The notes under the pieces are model-generated. The model had not been told where the DNA came from, searched no databases, and saw only the letters and a list, made by a program, of their open reading frames with translations. 64,000 bases of DNA from an uncultured Bacilli bacterium (lineage in GTDB: Bacteria > Bacillota_I > Bacilli_A > RF39 > UBA660): NCBI GenBank assembly GCA_963931685.1, contig OZ007038.1, forward strand, positions 746,940-810,939, in the 5' to 3' direction. The number at the start of each line of letters is the position of its first letter. The stretch's first letter is position 1. Position numbers and translations under genes: made by a program. Shown here one piece after another: positions 27,162-35,449 of this stretch.

Positions 27162-28163
27162 ATGTTAATGAATTTCTCATATTATATTAAAAAATATTTT
27201 ACTTCTTATCTTCCAGTTACACGAAATTTAAATTCTTCTACAATTAGAACTTATAAAAATGATATGCTATGTTTTATTAAATATTTAATAGAAATTAATA
27301 TAAACGTTGATGAGCTACAATTAAAAGACATAAGTTTTTCATTTATAGAAAATTATATAAAATTTTTAAAAGATGAAAAAAACAATGGGGCTAAAACTAT
27401 TAATTTAAAACTCACCATATTAAAATCCTTCTTTTCATATTTAAGTCTTGAAACTGTAGATGCAATTGATGTTTGTGAAATGGTCAGAAAAATTAAGTTA
27501 TTAAAACCTGAAGTTACTATTCCTAGTTATTTAACAGCCAAAGAAATAGAATGTTTATTAATACAACCAATTAAGTTAAACAATATAAAAGAATTAGCTA
27601 TTTTAACTCTACTTTATGATGGTGCTTTAAGAGTTAGTGAATTATGTAATTTAAAAGTAGAAAATATTACTTTGGATAGTATTTCTAAAATTAATGTAGT
27701 TAAAAGTAAAAATAACAACTTTAGAATTATTCCCCTTAATAAGCAAACCACTAAAATATTAAAAAAATATATTGATGAATATAATTTAAACAATAACGAT
27801 TTTTTATTTACTAATAAATATGGTAAAAAATATACCCAAAAAGGAATAGCTTATATTTTAAATAAAAATTATAATTTAGCTAAAAAATATTGTAATGATA
27901 ATACAATGTATAATTATAAGAGTCATCCTCATATGTTAAGGCATAGTAAAGCAATACATTTATTAGAAAGTGGAATTGATTTAATAACTATTAGAGATTT
28001 TTTAGGACATAAACATGTAAGTACAACAGAAATATATGCGCGTATCACTGATGAAAAGAAAGCAGAAATTTTATTAAAAAACACGAAAAAAAAGCCATTA
28101 AAACTCAAACGAAGAAAAAAACAAAGAGAAAATTTAGAAAGTTGGTTAAGAGAAAACTATTAA
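27162..28163 (+). CDS. tyrosine recombinase 3 of RIT trio (RitC position)
   Basis: ORF-track 27132..28163. ATG 27162 directly follows the upstream stop, with GGTGGGTGAG upstream. ALRVSELC, HMLRHSKAIH, LGHKH and EIYARI. Confidence 0.85.
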   Translation: MLMNFSYYIKKYFTSYLPVTRNLNSSTIRTYKNDMLCFIKYLIEININVDELQLKDISFSFIENYIKFLKDEKNNGAKTINLKLTILKSFFSYLSLETVDAIDVCEMVRKIKLLKPEVTIPSYLTAKEIECLLIQPIKLNNIKELAILTLLYDGALRVSELCNLKVENITLDSISKINVVKSKNNNFRIIPLNKQTTKILKKYIDEYNLNNNDFLFTNKYGKKYTQKGIAYILNKNYNLAKKYCNDNTMYNYKSHPHMLRHSKAIHLLESGIDLITIRDFLGHKHVSTTEIYARITDEKKAEILLKNTKKKPLKLKRRKKQRENLESWLRENY

Positions 28164-28181
28164 GTTTTTTCTCTTTTTTTC

Positions 28182-28280
28182 AAAATATTTTACGATTATA
28201 AAAGTTTGAAAAGTCCTTATTTATAAAGGATTTATGCAAAATAAGTGTAAAATATTTATGGGCGTAAAAGGTATATTTTG
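28182..28280 (-). repeat. RIT right terminal inverted repeat
   Basis: See 25171..25269. Confidence 0.85.
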
Positions 28281-28300
28281 TTATTTTTTCTAAAAAAGAC

Positions 28301-28324
28301 ATATAAAAAGAGCTTTATAGCTCT
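28301..28324 (-). terminator. terminator of yebC
   Basis: On the minus strand AGAGCT-ATAA-AGCTCT then TTTTATAT. The stop codon sits in the loop. Confidence 0.45.
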
Positions 28325-29031
28325 ACATTGTGATATACGTGCTGAACATCTTCAACTTCATCTAATAGATTAAGCATTCTTTCAAAGGTTTCTTTATCTT
28401 CTCCAGTTAATGTAACTTTTTCTTTTGGAAGCATTGTTATTTCATCTAAATCAAATTCTACATTTGGTAATTTAGCTAAAATGGCTTCTTTGATTTTATT
28501 CAAATCGTTTGGGGCTCCATAAACTACTACTTCATCATTTTCACTTTCAATATCTGTTATATCTAATCCAGCTTCTAATAAGGCATCTAAAGTTTCTTCT
28601 TCAGATAATCCTTTAAAACTTACTATACATAAATGGTCATACATATAACTTACACTACCTTGTGCACCCATTTTAACATGGCATTTATTGATAACTGCTC
28701 TTATACTACTAACACTTCTATTAACATTATCGGTTAGGCAAGCAACAATTGCAGTTGAACCAGATGGACCAAAAATTTCATAATTAGCTTCAGTATATGT
28801 TTCATCTGCCCCACTATTTACTTTATCTATTGCTCTATTAATAATATCATTTGGTACTTGTTCTTTTTTAGCTTTTTCAACTAATCTTTTTAATGTTGGA
28901 TTGCCTTCTAATTCAGTTCCACCGTTTTTTGCTGCTTGATATACTTCTCTCGCGTACATTGAATATAATTTAGCTTTTGCAGCTCCTGTTTTTTGAATGC
29001 TTGCTTTTCTTACTTCATATGCTCTTCCCAT
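28315..29031 (-). CDS. yebC: YebC/PmpR-family transcriptional regulator
   Basis: 238 aa. MGRAYEVRKASIQKTGAAKAKLYSMYAREVYQAAKNGG matches the conserved N-terminus of the YebC/TACO1 family. Confidence 0.85.
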   Translation of the reverse strand: MGRAYEVRKASIQKTGAAKAKLYSMYAREVYQAAKNGGTELEGNPTLKRLVEKAKKEQVPNDIINRAIDKVNSGADETYTEANYEIFGPSGSTAIVACLTDNVNRSVSSIRAVINKCHVKMGAQGSVSYMYDHLCIVSFKGLSEEETLDALLEAGLDITDIESENDEVVVYGAPNDLNKIKEAILAKLPNVEFDLDEITMLPKEKVTLTGEDKETFERMLNLLDEVEDVQHVYHNVEL

Positions 29032-29699
29032 AATAAACTTCCTTTCTGTGCTTTATTTAAAGCGTCTTTGGCAGCCTCTTGTTCGGCTGATTTTTTACTA
29101 TGTGATCTACCAGTTCCATAAACTATATCATCAATAATTACTTCAACAGTAAACTGTCTATTATGTGATGGACCTGTTTCACTTACTAATTTATATTCCA
29201 AACTTTTTTTCCCTGTTTGGACAAATTCTTGTAAAGCTGATTTGTAGTCATCAAAAAAATCAACTTCATGATTTTCAATTATAGGAACTATTTTATTGGT
29301 AAAGAATTCTTTTACTTTATCTAGTCCTTGATCTAAATAAAGGGCTCCTAAAAATGATTCAAAGATATCTGAAACAATAGCTTTGCGAAGTCTTCCACCA
29401 TTTTCTTCTTCACCTTTTCCAAGCTTTAAATATTTATTTAATCCTAGTTTTAGAGAATACTCATAATTAGCTGTTTCACAAACATAATGAGCTCTTATTT
29501 TTGTCATTTCTCCTTCATTATATTTATTACTTTGATAGAGATAATCGCTCATTAATAGTTCTAAAACTGCATCACCTAAAAATTCTAATCTTTCATAGCT
29601 TTTTACACCATGTTCATTAGAATATGAGGTGTGTGAAAAAGCTGTTTCATAAAGATTCATATCATTTGGCTTGATTCCTAATTCATCTAATAGTTCCAC
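29010..29699 (-). CDS. rnc: ribonuclease III
   Basis: 229 aa. Signature ERLEFLGDAVLEL and a C-terminal dsRBD (GPSHNRQFTVEV...SKKSAEQEAAKDAL). Confidence 0.95.
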   Translation of the reverse strand: MELLDELGIKPNDMNLYETAFSHTSYSNEHGVKSYERLEFLGDAVLELLMSDYLYQSNKYNEGEMTKIRAHYVCETANYEYSLKLGLNKYLKLGKGEEENGGRLRKAIVSDIFESFLGALYLDQGLDKVKEFFTNKIVPIIENHEVDFFDDYKSALQEFVQTGKKSLEYKLVSETGPSHNRQFTVEVIIDDIVYGTGRSHSKKSAEQEAAKDALNKAQKGSLLWEEHMK

Positions 29700-29799
29700 T
29701 TAAATCACCTAATATATTATATCATTTATTTAAATACTTTAAAACCCCTTTGTTTAAGAGAAAATATGCCTATTTTTTTACATTTTAAAAGTCGCTACT

Positions 29800-30627
29800 T
29801 TATAACGACTTTTTTAGAACTTTTTGATTACTATTTTTTATTAATGTTTGTGTGTCTATTATCTCTTCTTTTGTTAGAGATGGTTCTTGAACATCACTTT
29901 CTATAATTGTTCTTATTTCTTCGATTATTTCTTCTAAGTGATTTTGATGTGTTTTTAGCATTCTTTTAAAAATATCTTCTTTTGATTCTAAAAATATTTG
30001 ATTTTGAAGATGCATATTTTCAGAATTTTCTTTTTCAATTATATAATCTGCTTGAAGTTTTTTTATTAATCGTGCTATTTTCTTTTGAGAAATATGTGTT
30101 CTAACATTTGAGTTTAGTGTATCGTTACAAACGTAAGAGACACAGTTAGCAATAGCCGGAAATGATGATAGAACTGCTATTATTTTTAAAGCAATTAAGT
30201 CAACAGACATACTAATATTATATAGAATAATACTTATTATCATAAATACTAAAGCGTTATAAAGTCCATTACTTGATTTTTTAAAAAGCATTTTAGAATA
30301 CATTCTATTTTCAAAAATATCTTCATTTAATTGCTGTTTTTCGATTTCTATATGTTCTATTTTTTTGCTTTCATTTAAGGTGCCTTCAAATTGATATCTA
30401 CTTTTTTTAGGAAGCCTTTTCAATGTATTTATTGTCTTTTTAATTTCTATTTGTTTTTTGGTAGGATTGACTTCATCATTTCTATCTTTTTTAAAATTAT
30501 CTAAATTTCTTTTTAGATTATTAACTAAGTTTGTTTCTTTTAAATATTCACGGTAATATTCTTGCAATTTTTTTAAATCTTCTAAATCCATATTTTCTAA
30601 AATTAATTTTATTTCATCTTGTGTCAT
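29800..30627 (-). CDS. hypothetical coiled-coil membrane protein
   Basis: 275 aa. Charged helical N- and C-terminal regions flank two central hydrophobic helices (LYNALVFMIISIILYNI, IALKIIAVLSSFPAIA). Confidence 0.5.
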   Translation of the reverse strand: MTQDEIKLILENMDLEDLKKLQEYYREYLKETNLVNNLKRNLDNFKKDRNDEVNPTKKQIEIKKTINTLKRLPKKSRYQFEGTLNESKKIEHIEIEKQQLNEDIFENRMYSKMLFKKSSNGLYNALVFMIISIILYNISMSVDLIALKIIAVLSSFPAIANCVSYVCNDTLNSNVRTHISQKKIARLIKKLQADYIIEKENSENMHLQNQIFLESKEDIFKRMLKTHQNHLEEIIEEIRTIIESDVQEPSLTKEEIIDTQTLIKNSNQKVLKKSL

Positions 30628-30763
30628 ATTTTTTTCCTTTCAAAGTAGGTAATATTATAATTAGTTTTATTTTTTTTGTCAATAGTGTTTGTTTTACGTT
30701 TTTTTAACATACATGATATTTGCCTTTTACTTTTTTTATTATTTTTAGTATAATAAATAAAGA

Positions 30764-31003
30764 GTGAATATGAAAAAGATTTTAATAAAGATAATTAAAA
30801 TATATCAAAAGATACCTGGACCATGGCATGATTCGTGTAGGCATATTCCTACCTGTTCTAATTATGCTATAGAAGCGATTGATACTTATGGTGCTTTTAG
30901 GGGGTCAATTATGGCTTTTAAGAGGATTTTAAGATGTAATCCTTGGGGAACCAGTGGGTATGATCCGGTAATTAAGGAGGATAAGCATGAAAAAAATATT
31001 TAG
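30764..31003 (+). CDS. yidD: membrane protein insertion efficiency factor YidD
   Basis: 79 aa. The CRHIPTCSNYAIEAIDTYG ... RILRCNPW pattern is diagnostic of YidD. Confidence 0.9.
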   Translation: MNMKKILIKIIKIYQKIPGPWHDSCRHIPTCSNYAIEAIDTYGAFRGSIMAFKRILRCNPWGTSGYDPVIKEDKHEKNI

Positions 31004-31853
31004 TATATTGACGTTATTTGTTTTTGTTTTTAGTTTAACTGGGTGTTTAAAACATGATAATATGGAGGATATTACAATTTATACAACTAATTATCCTACT
31101 GAATATATTACAAAGCGGTTATATGGAGATTTTAGTACAGTTAAAAGTATTTATCCTGATGGTATAAATATTCAAGACTATAAATTAACCAATAAGCAGA
31201 TTGAAGATTACAGTAATTCAGATTTATTTATTTTTAATGGTCTTAGTAATGAAAAAGATTATGTTGAACCTATGAGAAAGAAAAATAAAAATTTAAAGAT
31301 TATTGATACAACTTTATCAATGGAATATAATAATGGCATTGAAGAATTATGGCTAGACCCTTCTAATTTCTTGATGATGGCTCAAAATATTAAAACTGGT
31401 TTTAATGAATATATAGATAGCTATTATTTAACTAATAAAATTGAGGAGAACTATGAAGAATTAAAAATTGAAGCTTCTAATTTAGATGCGAAGATTAAGG
31501 ATATTGTTTCTAATGGTAATAGTACATCTATTGTGGTATCAAGTAATTTATTTAAGTATTTAGAAAAATATGGTGTGACAGTTTACTCTTTAGACGAAAG
31601 TAATACTGATGTTAATGCTGTTTATAGAGAGGCTTTAAATATGATTAATAATGGTTCTATAAAATATGCTTTTATAATATCTAATGAAGAGTCAAATTCA
31701 ACGGTTAAAAAGCTTATTAAAAATACTGGTGTACAAACATTAGAATGGAATACTCTTTCTAATTTATCTGAAATCCAAAGAAATGAAAAAGAAGATTATT
31801 TTACGATTATGAATTCCAATTTAGAATTACTTAAAAATGAATTATATAAATAA
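30987..31853 (+). CDS. ZnuA/TroA-fold lipoprotein (cluster-9 solute-binding protein-like, metal ligands not evident)
   Basis: 288 aa. Lipobox LTGC and ZnuA-like blocks (LFIFNGLSNEKDYVEPM, LWLDPSN). The His residues normally found in the DPH motifs are absent. Confidence 0.55.
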   Translation: MKKIFSILTLFVFVFSLTGCLKHDNMEDITIYTTNYPTEYITKRLYGDFSTVKSIYPDGINIQDYKLTNKQIEDYSNSDLFIFNGLSNEKDYVEPMRKKNKNLKIIDTTLSMEYNNGIEELWLDPSNFLMMAQNIKTGFNEYIDSYYLTNKIEENYEELKIEASNLDAKIKDIVSNGNSTSIVVSSNLFKYLEKYGVTVYSLDESNTDVNAVYREALNMINNGSIKYAFIISNEESNSTVKKLIKNTGVQTLEWNTLSNLSEIQRNEKEDYFTIMNSNLELLKNELYK

Positions 31854-31862
31854 AGCAGACTG

Positions 31863-33080
31863 TTAGCCTGCTTTTTTTGTTAATTTCTTTTTGATTATTA
31901 CTATGGAAATTATTATAACAATTAGTCCTACTATAGCAATTATTATTTTTATAAACTCTTCTTTTACAAAACTTAAAAAATTAAATTTTAGGTTTTCTTT
32001 TAAAATTATTTCTTGAGTATCAAGTAATTTATCTTGATAATATATATTTAAAGTTCCTAATTTTTCACCTTTTTTATTAAATGGAGTTATTTCCCCTTTT
32101 CCATTATAAACATATTTGACTCCATTTTTATTATAATCATTTTTTAGATATAATGTTATATTTTTAGTTGGATACAATTTAAGTGTTTCTTTATCTGTAT
32201 ATTTTGTTTTAATTTCCATGAATGATTTTTCTTTATTTACAACTAATTGATTACCATAGTTTTCTATAAAATAATCATATATTATTTTTGCATCTTCTAT
32301 GTTATGCGGTGATTTTTTATCATATGTAGCACCTAGTGTTATTAACATATAATTTACATCTTCGGCTTCAGCAATGGTAGCTAAACAAAGTCCTGCATCA
32401 GTTGTTGTTCCAGTTTTTCCACCTAAAACATATGGTATTTCAATATTAAATTTTTTAGCATTGCTTTGAATTGTACTATTTAATTCAATTTTTCCATCTG
32501 ATGATGTATATTTTTGTGTAGTAATAATAGTTTTGAATTCCTCATTCTTTAAAGCCTCTTTAAAAATAGTGGCTACTTCTTTGGCTGTAGAAAAATTAGC
32601 TGTATCATCTAAACCAATTACTGTAGAAAAATGAGTTGATTTTAAGTGTAATTTTGCTGCTTTTGTATTCATTTTTTCGATGAATGCTTCTTCACTTCCA
32701 GCAATATTTCTAGCTAAAGCTTTAGCAGCATCTGCTCCTGATGGAAGCAATAACCCATATAATAAATCTCTATAAGTTACTACTTCTCCCACTGTAAAAC
32801 CGGCTGTTACAGCATTAGCTTCAATTAAACCTTCAAGGTCATCCTTAGTTATAATAACTTGCTCGTCCAAATTATCAATATTCTCTAAAGCGACTAGAGC
32901 TGTCATTATTTTAGTTAAACTAGCAATCGAGGCTTTTTCGTCAGCGTTTTTTTCATATAATATTTCTCCGTTATCCAAATTATATAAAATGGCATTTTTT
33001 GATGATATGCCCAGTTCTAAGGCACTTGTTTTAGCTATAAATAATATAAAAATCAATAAAAAACTTAATACTTTTTTCAT
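31863..33080 (-). CDS. D-alanyl-D-alanine carboxypeptidase (S11, PBP5-type)
   Basis: 405 aa. Signal peptide, SxxK (ASLTK), the SxN region (LPSGAD), KTG (GKTGTT) and a C-terminal membrane anchor. Confidence 0.85.
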   Translation of the reverse strand: MKKVLSFLLIFILFIAKTSALELGISSKNAILYNLDNGEILYEKNADEKASIASLTKIMTALVALENIDNLDEQVIITKDDLEGLIEANAVTAGFTVGEVVTYRDLLYGLLLPSGADAAKALARNIAGSEEAFIEKMNTKAAKLHLKSTHFSTVIGLDDTANFSTAKEVATIFKEALKNEEFKTIITTQKYTSSDGKIELNSTIQSNAKKFNIEIPYVLGGKTGTTTDAGLCLATIAEAEDVNYMLITLGATYDKKSPHNIEDAKIIYDYFIENYGNQLVVNKEKSFMEIKTKYTDKETLKLYPTKNITLYLKNDYNKNGVKYVYNGKGEITPFNKKGEKLGTLNIYYQDKLLDTQEIILKENLKFNFLSFVKEEFIKIIIAIVGLIVIIISIVIIKKKLTKKAG

Positions 33081-33135
33081 GTCTACCCTCCAATAATAAT
33101 TATACCTTATATTTAAGAAAAAAAGAAGTACAAAA

Positions 33136-34992
33136 TCACTTCTTTATAGCTATTGCTCCATGGGGTTTTAAATAACCTGGTTTTGATTTATTTAAAGTAT
33201 ATATTTTAGATGGGGTTTTATATTCGTTTGGCAAACTAAATTCGCTTTCTTCCCCTATTCTACTTATAGCAATTAACATTTTTTCATCATTATTATATCT
33301 TTCGTAAACAAAACAGTTTTCGTTTATATCTTTTATTTCTGTCTCAGCTGTTTTTAAAAAAGCTTCTTTTTTCCTGATTTTTCCTATTTCTTTAAAGAAA
33401 TTTTGTAATTCTATATCACGGTTTATTTTGGGATATGGTTTTCTATTAGATAAATTTCCCATACCTTGCATACCAATTTCATCACCATAAAAAATAGATA
33501 ATATTCCTGGCAAAAAATTTAAAGTAAATATGTAAGATTTATAAATTTCTTTACCTTTTTCATATTGATTTTTATCTAAAATATAGTTGTTACACCAATA
33601 AATATCATTATTATTTAAGTTCCATGCCCATTCACCATCTTTTTGAAATTCATCAGTGGCAAAAAGATTAATGGCTCTTGTAATATCATGGGTTGAAGTA
33701 AAGTTCATTAAACTTTTTATTGTGTCATCGGGATATTCATTTAAAATATCATTAAGTATATAGTTTAGTTTATTGACATCACCATATTTGAAATATCTAA
33801 GTAAGGCATCAATTAATAAATAGTTCATTACACTATCCATTTCTTTACCAGAATATATATAGTCTCTATTCATTCTCATAGGATTTTTCCAAACTTCTCC
33901 TATAATAAATCCATCTGGTTTATTTCTTTTAACCGCTTTTCTAATTTGAGTAATAAAATTATCAGTAAGTTCATCAGCAACATCTAATCTTAACCCATCA
34001 ATTCCTAAATCAAACCATTTATCAATTATTCCATTTTTTCCTGTGATATAATCTATCCATTCTTTGGATGAGCCATCACATTCTGGTAAGTTTTTCATTC
34101 CCCACCAATAATCATATTTTATTTGTCCATTTTCTTTGTGTTTTCTATAAAATTTACTATAAGGAGATTCTTTTGATTGATAGGCTCCTAGTTCTGGGTA
34201 TGATCCATATTCATTAAAGTATTTACTGTCATTACCTGTATGATTAAAAACGGCATCTAAAATAATTTTTATATCTAATTCGTGAGCTTTATCACATAAT
34301 TTTTTTAAATCTTCATTATTTCCAGCATAAGGATCTACTTTTTCATAATCAGCTGCATCATATCTATGATTAGACTGGCTTTCAACGATTGGACTTATAT
34401 AAATTATATCTACACCTAATTCTTTTAAATATTCTAGTTTTTCTATGATACCTAATAAATCACCGCCATAAAAATCATTATTCCATATACCGTTTTCATC
34501 TGGGCCGACAGGCATTTCTTCATCCCAGGATTTATGAATTTTTCTTCTTGGTTTTTCTTCCATTAAATTTTTACTTCCACGGTTAAAACGGTCTAGGAAA
34601 ATGTGATACATAATACTACCTTTAGCCCAGTCAGGAACATCAAAATTAACTGATGTTTTAAATGTTTCATTTATATTTATATTTTTTAAATCTTCTTTGT
34701 TTTTGTTTTTTAAATATATTTGATTACCGTTGATTTTACAAGTAAAATAATAATGGTATATAGCTCTTGTTTTAAGATAAATATTTGACTGGAAAAGTGC
34801 TAGCCCATTTTCTTCTTTTATAAAATTCATATTAAATTCTTCTTTTGGATAATCAAAATCTAATACAAACTTAACATCATCAATCCAACCTAACTCTGTA
34901 GGTATTTGGATTTTTATTTGATAAATGTTTCCCTCTTCATTAATCTCAGTAGGATTCATCTCTACTTTAATTTTTTCTAATATTTCATTCAT
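33136..34992 (-). CDS. GH13 alpha-amylase family enzyme (neopullulanase/cyclomaltodextrinase-like)
   Basis: ORF-track 33136..35001. ATG 34992 (MNEILEK) follows GAAGGTAG. GH13 regions DAVFNHTG, GIDGLRLDVADE, IIGEVW and FTSTHD. Confidence 0.85.
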   Translation of the reverse strand: MNEILEKIKVEMNPTEINEEGNIYQIKIQIPTELGWIDDVKFVLDFDYPKEEFNMNFIKEENGLALFQSNIYLKTRAIYHYYFTCKINGNQIYLKNKNKEDLKNININETFKTSVNFDVPDWAKGSIMYHIFLDRFNRGSKNLMEEKPRRKIHKSWDEEMPVGPDENGIWNNDFYGGDLLGIIEKLEYLKELGVDIIYISPIVESQSNHRYDAADYEKVDPYAGNNEDLKKLCDKAHELDIKIILDAVFNHTGNDSKYFNEYGSYPELGAYQSKESPYSKFYRKHKENGQIKYDYWWGMKNLPECDGSSKEWIDYITGKNGIIDKWFDLGIDGLRLDVADELTDNFITQIRKAVKRNKPDGFIIGEVWKNPMRMNRDYIYSGKEMDSVMNYLLIDALLRYFKYGDVNKLNYILNDILNEYPDDTIKSLMNFTSTHDITRAINLFATDEFQKDGEWAWNLNNNDIYWCNNYILDKNQYEKGKEIYKSYIFTLNFLPGILSIFYGDEIGMQGMGNLSNRKPYPKINRDIELQNFFKEIGKIRKKEAFLKTAETEIKDINENCFVYERYNNDEKMLIAISRIGEESEFSLPNEYKTPSKIYTLNKSKPGYLKPHGAIAIKK

Positions 34993-35127
34993 ACAGCACA
35001 CTACCTTCTAATTTAATTATATTACATTTTTATGAAAAAGCATATAAAATTTAAAAAGTTATGATTAGTGGTGTCATTACTTTAAGATAAAATAATATAT
35101 ATAATTATTAGAAGCTTAAAGTTATAA

Positions 35128-35402
35128 GAAGGCAAAAGTCAAAATTTATGCTTAAATAGATTGGTTTAATATAACACATACTTTTTTAAATCTTTAAATA
35201 ATCAACTACCCCGCACTTTCAGTGCATGGTTTATAGTGATGACTGAAAATCATACTATGCTAAAGCATATTATCTTGTCTAAAAATGTCATCAACATTTT
35301 TACTTGTATAACATAAGTTTCTATAATTGTTGCAATAGTTATATTTGTAAATAGTTCTAGAAAACATTTGTTTTTTTTGAAACTGCACTTTCCTTATATA
35401 TA
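35128..35402 (-). mobile_element. TnpB-less miniature relative of the IS200/IS605-family elements (copy D)
   Basis: On the minus strand it starts TTTTATATATAAGGAAAGTGCAG..., nearly identical to the left end of copy A. It contains ATTTACAAATATAACTATT, shared with copies B and C. It ends CATAAATTTTGACTTTTGCCTTC. Confidence 0.55.
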
Positions 35403-35426
35403 AAAAAAGTCCAGAAATATCTGGAC
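35402..35426 (-). terminator. terminator downstream of comEC
   Basis: Minus strand GTCCAGATATTTCTGGAC followed by T7. Copy D begins immediately after the T-run. Confidence 0.6.
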
Positions 35427-35449
35427 TATCTATATAAAACGCTAATGCA

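Larger units (their letters stand above)
25171..28280 (+). mobile_element. recombinase-in-trio (RIT) element
   Basis: Three tandem tyrosine recombinase genes bracketed by 99-bp imperfect inverted repeats. No other cargo. Confidence 0.8.

Noticed and set aside
25317-28163. Tn554-like transposon as an alternative reading of the recombinase trio
   Set aside because: Tn554 has two tyrosine recombinases plus a small non-recombinase TnpC and no terminal inverted repeats. Here all three ORFs carry recombinase signatures and 99-bp inverted repeats are present.
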